A DNA stretch of 20,000 nt. Source: an uncultured virus (IMG/VR IMGVR_UViG_3300009605_000022) (taxonomy: Duplodnaviria > Heunggongvirae > Uroviricota > Caudoviricetes). Of the stretch, positions 1-4,599 are shown one piece after another. The stretch lies in the IMG/VR virus record IMGVR_UViG_3300009605_000022; one strand, given 5' to 3'. The translations under genes were made by a program, and so were the position numbers. The notes under the pieces were generated by a model. It worked only from the letters and a program-made list of their open reading frames with translations, was not told the origin of the DNA and did not search any database. The number at the start of each line of letters is the position of its first letter. Position 1 is the first letter of the stretch.

Positions 1-50
1 TGACCGGCTCTCCAAGGAAGAGCTGTCTTAGTTTGAGTTGCTTTGCTCAT
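1..50 (-). CDS. 5' end of a leaderless ORF (MSKATQTKTALPWRAG...), runs off the window
   Basis: ATG at 50-48 lies 3 nt after the TTGGTAT element of the type-B promoter, the same geometry as the ORFs starting at 794 and 1590. Confidence 0.7.
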   Translation of the reverse strand, partial: MSKATQTKTALPWRAG

Positions 51-53
51 AAT

Positions 54-103
54 ATACCAAGGACACCACCCTATATAAAGCTTTTTTCACCCGAGTGGAA
101 AAA
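54..103 (-). promoter_or_regulatory. Type-B archaeal promoter (TTTATATA box 79-72, TTGGTAT initiator-like element) plus upstream palindrome TTTTTTCAC-CCGA-GTGGAAAAA
   Basis: Repeated at 798-846 and 1594-1641; the TATA box lies 22-29 nt upstream of the ATG with an A-rich BRE-like flank. Confidence 0.8.
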
Positions 104-154
104 TAAAAAATGCAACTTCACCTGAGGCTCCGCGTGTTTAAGAAACACCTCAGG
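101..154 (-). terminator. Hairpin CCTGAGG/CCTCAGG with inner GTGTTT/AAACAC, followed by a U-rich tract on the minus strand
   Basis: Inverted repeats 121-127/148-154 and 134-139/143-148; TTTTTTATTTTT downstream on the minus strand. Confidence 0.6.
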
Positions 155-540
155 GAGCGGTTGCCCGAGAGCACATTAATCTGCATAGGTAGTGCTACAC
201 GTGGGGTGTGACCTGTCGCCAGTCAAAAGGATATCCTTCACGAAAGGCGAACACAAGCATGAACAGGTGTGATACTCATAGCTTAACGGATTGATTCTAT
301 AACAGGGATAAAGTGATTCAAAGGTGATACATAATGTTAGCTACACGTCGTTCTAAAACTTAGATGCGCATCGACCGGAAAGGGATTGGGTCAGCACTGT
401 TCAGCTAGTATTTGTTATGTGAATGTCTCGTTGTTGCGTATGGTTCGATTTTGTTTCCTTGTCAGGTCACGTGTTACAGCTGATAACTGTAAGTGAGCGG
501 GTGCAATACTATTTTGCTATTTTCATCTCCCCGCTCTGTA
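110..540 (-). ncRNA. Candidate large structured ncRNA 1 (~430 nt)
   Basis: Sits directly behind the type-A promoter (541-569) with no credible ORF. Stems: 495-501/530-536, 474-479/487-492, long-range 208-215/463-470, 216-220/246-250, 227-238, 363-372, 170-174/192-196, and a terminal hairpin plus U tract. Confidence 0.65.
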
Positions 541-569
541 TTACCAATAGAGTGTCTCTATATAAGCTT
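541..569 (-). promoter_or_regulatory. Type-A archaeal promoter repeat (AAGCTTATATAG-AGACACTCTA-TTGGTAA on the minus strand)
   Basis: 29-bp repeat, 27/29 identical to the copies at 1420-1448 and 2170-2198; contains the dyad ATAGAG-TGT-CTCTAT. Confidence 0.8.
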
Positions 570-794
570 TTCTCCCATGGACTTTATCTCACTGACATAC
601 ACGTCACCGAGTTCAAAAGAACCATAAGTAAAATCTGATTTGACAGCGCAGAACCAACGGGCGTGTGGGTTCTTCGCTTCATTCTCAGCGTTTTGGTATT
701 TCTTTAATACTCTCCATTCAAAGCCACGTGGGCCAGTCCAGACCTCGTAAGGGTCATCTGTTTTGCGGGTTTTACCGCACATGTTTTTAGTCAT
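558..794 (-). CDS. Leaderless 78-aa hypothetical viral protein
   Basis: ATG 3 nt after TTGGTAT of a type-B promoter; protein-like composition (WRVLKKYQ...ARWFCAVKS...ELGDVY); stop lies inside the next TATA box. Confidence 0.85.
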   Translation of the reverse strand: MTKNMCGKTRKTDDPYEVWTGPRGFEWRVLKKYQNAENEAKNPHARWFCAVKSDFTYGSFELGDVYVSEIKSMGEKLI

Positions 795-797
795 ACA

Positions 798-846
798 ATA
801 CCAAGGGTGGGGGTCTATATAAAGCTTTTTTCACACGAGTGGAAAA
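798..846 (-). promoter_or_regulatory. Type-B promoter plus palindrome TTTTTTCAC-ACGA-GTGGAAAA
   Basis: ATACCAA 798-804, TATATAAA 816-823, palindrome 826-846. Confidence 0.8.
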
Positions 847-884
847 CCTCGAGGCGGGGGCAAAGGCCATAGCCCCCTAGAGGT
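846..884 (-). terminator. GC-rich hairpin ending the 1402-896 operon
   Basis: ACCTC/GAGGT (846-850/880-884) and GGGGGC/GCCCCC (856-861/872-877), followed by TTTT on the minus strand. Confidence 0.55.
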
Positions 885-895
885 GTCAAAACTGC

Positions 896-976
896 TTACG
901 AAATACGTCTGGCCTTTTTGATAATCTTATTCGTTCTCTTCTTCCAACCTCGTTCTAAGTAGGTATCGTAGCTCAT
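896..976 (-). CDS. 26-aa basic microprotein MSYDTYLERGWKKRTNKIIKKARRIS
   Basis: Hand-translated; ATGA overlap with the upstream ORF stop. Confidence 0.55.
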   Translation of the reverse strand: MSYDTYLERGWKKRTNKIIKKARRIS

Positions 977-1089
977 AAGCCACACCCACAGCAAGGTGCA
1001 TCTTCACACCCGCAGAGGACAATATAGTCTCCTGCTTCACTTATACCAGAGATGACCATGTCATCTAAAATATCTAAGATGCTCTTCAT
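973..1089 (-). CDS. 38-aa Cys-rich microprotein ending CGCEDAPCCGCGL
   Basis: Hand-translated; ATGA overlaps at both ends; metal-binding-like Cys cluster. Confidence 0.7.
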   Translation of the reverse strand: MKSILDILDDMVISGISEAGDYIVLCGCEDAPCCGCGL

Positions 1090-1223
1090 TTGGTCAACCC
1101 CAGCTTGATTGCTTTTAGTTGGTCCAATACTCCGGAATCAATTTTATTCTTTTGTATGGTTCTGCGTGCTACTCTCCTGAAGCGGAAAGCGTTTCTGGTG
1201 TCTTGTATTGTTTGTTCTAACAT
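1086..1223 (-). CDS. 45-aa basic microprotein MLEQTIQDTRNAFRFRRVARR...
   Basis: Hand-translated; AGGAG Shine-Dalgarno upstream; ATGA coupling downstream. Confidence 0.65.
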   Translation of the reverse strand: MLEQTIQDTRNAFRFRRVARRTIQKNKIDSGVLDQLKAIKLGLTK

Positions 1224-1237
1224 GTTTATCTCCTATC

Positions 1238-1402
1238 TTACCATACTCCACAGGCTATATAAAACCTTTCATCATCGAACCGTGGGTTCTCTGCTTCATA
1301 CTTTTTTGCGAAGTCTTTTGCTACCTGCATCTTTACCGATGCCGGCCATCCTGTTGTCCTTATTAGGTCTGCTGTTGCTTGAAAATCTTTTCTTGTGTTC
1401 AT
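1238..1402 (-). CDS. 54-aa viral protein MNTRKDF...NPRFDDERFYIACGVW
   Basis: Start moved to 1402 (GAGGA SD, downstream of a type-A promoter); the TRKDF...NPRFD..RF..AC pattern resembles small phage early proteins (from memory, not searched). Confidence 0.8.
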   Translation of the reverse strand: MNTRKDFQATADLIRTTGWPASVKMQVAKDFAKKYEAENPRFDDERFYIACGVW

Positions 1403-1419
1403 ATTTATTTCCTCGTATA

Positions 1420-1448
1420 TTACCAATAGGGTGTCCCTATATAAGCTT
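1420..1448 (-). promoter_or_regulatory. Type-A promoter repeat
   Basis: TTACCAATAGGGTGTCCCTATATAAGCTT, identical to 2170-2198. Confidence 0.8.
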
Positions 1449-1590
1449 ACCGGTGCCTCCACTTTCTCATTCTCACCAGCATACTTTGAGTTTGTAAACT
1501 CCTGCTGTAGAACTCTTCGAATTCCATTTTACCACCATATGATTTATAGTGATGCCAATTTGCTAACCTTTGTGTTTCGTATTTAGTCAT
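1447..1590 (-). CDS. Leaderless 47-aa protein MTKYETQRLANWHHYKSYGG...
   Basis: ATG 3 nt after TTGGTAT; the stop TAA overlaps the AAGCTT of the next promoter. Confidence 0.7.
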   Translation of the reverse strand: MTKYETQRLANWHHYKSYGGKMEFEEFYSRSLQTQSMLVRMRKWRHR

Positions 1591-1593
1591 AGT

Positions 1594-1641
1594 ATACCAA
1601 CGGGTGTGTCTATATAAAGCTTTTTTCACACGTGTGGAAAA
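1594..1641 (-). promoter_or_regulatory. Type-B promoter plus palindrome TTTTTTCAC-ACGT-GTGGAAAA
   Basis: ATACCAA 1594-1600, TATATAAA 1611-1618, palindrome 1621-1641. Confidence 0.8.
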
Positions 1642-1644
1642 GCT

Positions 1645-1980
1645 GGCGCCCCGCCGACTTAAAAGAAGCCGGTTATGGGGGTAACCTGCGTTTAGCTGTC
1701 CTACCATTATAGGCTGGCTTACTAAACTGAAGATGCGTCGCTACGTTTAACGCTCGGGCGGACTTATGCCTAAGGCCCTTCGCCATCACTTGTCAGGCGT
1801 CTCCTATTGTCCACGATGCTGGACAGTTTATTAGACTGACTCATACACTTGCCCTTTCCGTTGGGGGAACCTACTCCTTCGGCCTCCTTCTTACAGTGTT
1901 CGTGGACTCACGGAACATAATCTCTTTTGGGCTGAGTGTAATACTATTTTACTATTTTCATCGTCTCAGCCCGTTAGAGG
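1645..1980 (-). ncRNA. Candidate structured ncRNA 2 (~335 nt)
   Basis: GC-richer with no credible ORF. Stems: 1929-1936/1965-1972 (domain shared with ncRNA 1), 1897-1917, 1808-1825, 1757-1760/1781-1784, 1723-1729/1824-1830, and terminal hairpin 1649-1680 with a G-U pair on the minus strand. Confidence 0.6.
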
Positions 1981-1988
1981 TGCGTGGT

Positions 1989-2057
1989 TTATAATTTTCT
2001 TGTTGCGTATGATATTCCTACTAACCATGTTAGTAAGCTACTTTGGTATGTGTTCAT
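1989..2057 (-). CDS. 22-aa micro-ORF MNTYQSSLLTWLVGISYATRKL
   Basis: AGGAGG SD; TAATG overlap with the upstream stop. Confidence 0.45.
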   Translation of the reverse strand: MNTYQSSLLTWLVGISYATRKL

Positions 2058-2155
2058 TAGTCGCCTCCTTTTCTTATTAAGTATTGATAGTGAAATGGTC
2101 TACCGTTTTTCTTAAAGTCTTTTGCTAGCTTTGCCCAGTGTTGTCTTCGTGTCAT
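2057..2155 (-). CDS. 32-aa basic microprotein MTRRQHWAKLAKDFKKNGRPFHYQYLIRKGGD
   Basis: Start moved to 2155 (GAGGA SD, downstream of a type-A promoter). Confidence 0.65.
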   Translation of the reverse strand: MTRRQHWAKLAKDFKKNGRPFHYQYLIRKGGD

Positions 2156-2169
2156 GTTTTTCCTCTGTA

Positions 2170-2198
2170 TTACCAATAGGGTGTCCCTATATAAGCTT
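2170..2198 (-). promoter_or_regulatory. Type-A promoter repeat
   Basis: Identical to 1420-1448. Confidence 0.8.
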
Positions 2199-2289
2199 AT
2201 CCCCTGAACTCCGTCCAGCACTCCCAACATAGTTGAGAGTTGAAAAGTGTATAAGTCATGCATGCTGATTTATTACATTCTTCGCACAT
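2197..2289 (-). CDS. 30-aa CxxC...CxxC zinc-finger-like microprotein MCEECNKSACMTYTLFNSQLCWECWTEFRG
   Basis: GGTGAGG SD; two CxxC pairs; stop overlaps the promoter repeat. Confidence 0.65.
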   Translation of the reverse strand: MCEECNKSACMTYTLFNSQLCWECWTEFRG

Positions 2290-2290
2290 T

Positions 2291-2407
2291 TTATTCCTCA
2301 CCGGTCCAAAATGTTGCGAACATTTCAGTATCGCAATCTTCACATAGTCCACCGAATAATTCGATATCTTCCAAGCCACAGTCTTCACATTGTTGTTTTA
2401 ATTCCAT
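2291..2407 (-). CDS. 38-aa acidic zinc-finger-like microprotein MELKQQCEDCGLEDIELFGGLCEDCDTEMFATFWTGEE
   Basis: Hand-translated; GAGGA SD; CEDC occurs twice; downstream of the promoter variant at 2425-2453. Confidence 0.7.
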   Translation of the reverse strand: MELKQQCEDCGLEDIELFGGLCEDCDTEMFATFWTGEE

Positions 2408-2424
2408 TTGTATTCCTCGCTAAT

Positions 2425-2453
2425 ATACCAACGCGAGGTAACATATATTACTT
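2425..2453 (-). promoter_or_regulatory. Degenerate type-B-like promoter
   Basis: TTGGTAT element plus TAATATAT box at equivalent spacing. Confidence 0.55.
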
Positions 2454-2539
2454 TGGGTGGGGCCTATCGTCGTGAACCTCAAAATCCTAAACAGGGGTAT
2501 ATAAGGGGGCCAATCCCGCTCGCGTTTTTTGGTGAAATT

Positions 2540-2560
2540 TTTTTTCACACGTGTGGAAAA
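2540..2560. repeat. Fourth copy of the palindrome TTTTTTCACACGTGTGGAAAA
   Basis: Identical to 1621-1641. Confidence 0.9.
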
Positions 2561-2610
2561 ATTGCTGGGGGTTTATATACCCCCTTTTCCGGCGAATGGA
2601 CTATATATAC

Positions 2611-2751
2611 TTATAGCTGTTCGTGAATCTGGTCAACGATGTCATGAAGTATGTCTAACATATAACCACGAGTTAATACGTCATTATGACCATACTTATT
2701 TTTTTGCATCGAACCGATGTCAACTTTATCTAAATCAATTTCGAATTTCAT
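2611..2751 (-). CDS. 46-aa protein MKFEIDLDKVDIGSMQKNKYGHNDVLTRGYMLDILHDIVDQIHEQL
   Basis: Hand-translated; GAGGT SD; ATGA overlap with the upstream ORF. Confidence 0.7.
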   Translation of the reverse strand: MKFEIDLDKVDIGSMQKNKYGHNDVLTRGYMLDILHDIVDQIHEQL

Positions 2752-2975
2752 TTTTCTACCTCCTTTATTTTTCCTGCCATTTCTTGAACCTCTTTTAGAA
2801 CATACTTTGCAAAGTTATTCCAATCGGTTTTATTTCTTGAATCTTTTGCTAATGAATCCCATGCCATTATAGTGGACCTGAGATTATTGTAAGCGTTAGC
2901 TTCGTTTCTGATTTGCTCATTGCTTAATGCTGGGGCTTCTTCTGCCCTCTTGATGTAGGTGATTAACATGCTCAT
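2748..2975 (-). CDS. 75-aa helical hypothetical protein
   Basis: ORF track; coupled to both neighbours; GGGGGTG SD. Confidence 0.75.
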   Translation of the reverse strand: MSMLITYIKRAEEAPALSNEQIRNEANAYNNLRSTIMAWDSLAKDSRNKTDWNNFAKYVLKEVQEMAGKIKEVEK

Positions 2976-2977
2976 GT

Positions 2978-3166
2978 TTACACCCCCAATTCATAGAAGC
3001 AGTCAAGGCATACCTTGTAGCCTCTTGCCCTGTGGGCTTGAACTGCATCGTTGCAACACTCGCACATATCTTGTGCGTTGTTTAATTCTTTCATGCCTTG
3101 CTCGATGGCCATATCTAATTGGTGCATCATGCTGTCTAACTCGGTTATTATTTCGTTGTTGTTCAT
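2978..3166 (-). CDS. 62-aa coiled-coil plus CxxC...CxxC zinc-ribbon protein
   Basis: Start moved to 3166 (GAGGA SD after GTAATACAGAG, the same initiator context as type-A promoters); CECC...CLDC. Confidence 0.75.
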   Translation of the reverse strand: MNNNEIITELDSMMHQLDMAIEQGMKELNNAQDMCECCNDAVQAHRARGYKVCLDCFYELGV

Positions 3167-3179
3167 ATTTGTTTCCTCT

Positions 3180-3212
3180 GTATTACTCATAGCGACCTAC
3201 TTAATAAAGGTT
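3180..3212 (-). promoter_or_regulatory. Promoter variant (AACCTTTATTAA...GAGTAATAC)
   Basis: TATA-like box at the same distance from GTAATACAGAG as in the type-A copies. Confidence 0.5.
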
Positions 3213-3266
3213 TCGTTGGGAGGGGTATACCCCCCCTACCCTAGGCCCCTACTGGGGGTGCCCCCC

Positions 3267-3581
3267 TTAGGCCCTCCTGTGCCCAGTGTTTGCCATACCT
3301 TGACATTCTGGCTCAGAGCCATATTGTCGGTAGTGTTCAGCAACCAAAGAAGCTTCATGTTCTAAAGCTTCCCATGGGTTTGAAAATTCTTTCAATACTA
3401 TCATGGATACATCATGACCTTTTTTAGGCCTGTGTTTACTAAGTCTTGACTGGGGGTCTTGAGTTAGTCCGTAATAGATTGCATCCTTATCTATTCCTTG
3501 TGTATAATCGACGTCAAAGAAGTGATAACTTGTCTTTTCTGTCTGTCTGGCTAGTTTGTATATATAGTAGTTGTTGTTCAT
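3267..3581 (-). CDS. GIY-YIG family nuclease-like protein
   Basis: YYIYKL...IYYGLTQDPQSRLSKH...EALEHE matches the GIY...YIG.T...R..H...E pattern. Confidence 0.7.
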   Translation of the reverse strand: MNNNYYIYKLARQTEKTSYHFFDVDYTQGIDKDAIYYGLTQDPQSRLSKHRPKKGHDVSMIVLKEFSNPWEALEHEASLVAEHYRQYGSEPECQGMANTGHRRA

Positions 3582-3595
3582 ATTACTTACCTCTT

Positions 3596-3628
3596 ACCTA
3601 TACAGGGGCAACACCCTATATAAGCTTA
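3596..3628 (-). promoter_or_regulatory. Type-A-like promoter for the GIY-YIG gene
   Basis: AAGCTTATATAGGG on the minus strand; GAGGT SD downstream. Confidence 0.65.
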
Positions 3629-3670
3629 AGTGTTTTAAAGGAGGGGGTATATAAGTAAATCCAAGCAAAT

Positions 3671-3790
3671 GGAAAAAAACGCAAAAAAAATGACAAAAAA
3701 ATGCAAAAAATCGCGCAAAAAATGCGCTAAAAAAACGCCAAAAACGCGCCAATGTCGCGCGCTATAAATTTATTAAAAATCGCGCTAATG
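3671..3790. repeat. Phased A-tracts separated by short CG-containing linkers
   Basis: A5-8 tracts start at 3673, 3683, 3695, 3705, 3717, 3729 and 3740. Confidence 0.8.
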
Positions 3791-4113
3791 TATATATTAT
3801 CTTATTATATTATCTTTTTCAGTATACCCCCGTCTAAAAAAATCATGCCCCCACCTAAACACACAGGCGCCTAGGGGTTTAAACAAATCGAGCCATTTTT
3901 TGAAAGCACTAAATAAGAATATACTATAAGCACTGTGTTTAAACTATATATCGCTAAGTATCTCTTGCATTATTAATCAAGCTCTTTTAACCATGCTCTA
4001 TTAGTCTCTCTTACGCGCGTAGGATAGCCAGTGAACTGAGAAGCAAGCTCTACATACCACAACTCTTATATACTCTGAGGTAGTATAATTATATACAAAA
4101 AAGGAAACTAACT

Positions 4114-4599
4114 ATGTCCAAAAAAACCCAAAACGCAATTAAGTGGATGTGTAACGACATTCGCGATTTGCTAATAGAAAAGAACAAGGCCTATGGCAAC
4201 TCAGCTATAGACCCTGAGAACATATTCAGTAAGCTCGATAATGCACAAGCTATCTGTGCACGTATCGATGATAAGCTAGCTCGTATAAAGAACAGAGGGC
4301 TAGATGATAAAACAGAAGACACACTTGATGACCTCATAGGTTATTTAGTATTGCTCAAAGTCGCGAGGAGCGAGGAGGCAGCTAATGTGACTGTATGGAC
4401 CATGTGTAATTGTGCGTTAGGGTGTACTATGTGTAGCAAGAGCTGTGATTGCGTTTGCAATATGGAGCCTAATACATCTGATAAGTTTAGCGACTATAGC
4501 GAAGGTTATGCACCTCCGTGGAGTCAAGAGATAGAAAAGGTAACGGTCTTTGTTAGTGACCCCGGAGATGAAATGAAGCCTATAGAGAAAAAGGCTTAA
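4114..4599 (+). CDS. DUF1599/nucleotide-modification-associated domain 1-like protein with a Cys-rich tail
   Basis: KNKAYGNS...RIDDKLAR...EDTLDDLIGY motif; CNCALGCTMCSKSCDCVC; CTTATATA box at 4065-4072. Confidence 0.75.
   Translation: MSKKTQNAIKWMCNDIRDLLIEKNKAYGNSAIDPENIFSKLDNAQAICARIDDKLARIKNRGLDDKTEDTLDDLIGYLVLLKVARSEEAANVTVWTMCNCALGCTMCSKSCDCVCNMEPNTSDKFSDYSEGYAPPWSQEIEKVTVFVSDPGDEMKPIEKKA

Noticed and set aside
163..1860. Complementarity between the two RNAs (CCCUUUCCG/CGGAAAGGG; CUCGGGC/GCCCGAG) and shared CCUGACAAG
   Set aside because: Matches of 7-9 nt between two ~400-nt sequences are expected by chance.
110..1980. ncRNA candidates as tRNA, RNase P RNA, SRP RNA, tmRNA, group I intron or hammerhead/HDV ribozyme
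   Set aside because: I found no cloverleaf, RNase P P4 consensus, SRP helix-8 motif, tmRNA ends or complete ribozyme core by eye; an Rfam search is still needed.
1403..2263. Shared peptide SLYRDTLLVI in ORF-track entries 1238..1462 and 2057..2263 (and ITNRVSLYKL on +)
   Set aside because: These are translations of the promoter repeat; the real starts are downstream at 1402 and 2155.
54..2560. Repeats read as a CRISPR or guide-RNA array
   Set aside because: Repeats are 750-920 bp apart, contain TATA boxes and flank genes; there are no 30-40 bp spacers.
423..3658. Plus-strand ORFs in the left region
   Set aside because: They are antisense shadows of coupled minus-strand genes, promoters or ncRNA, with no SD or promoter support.
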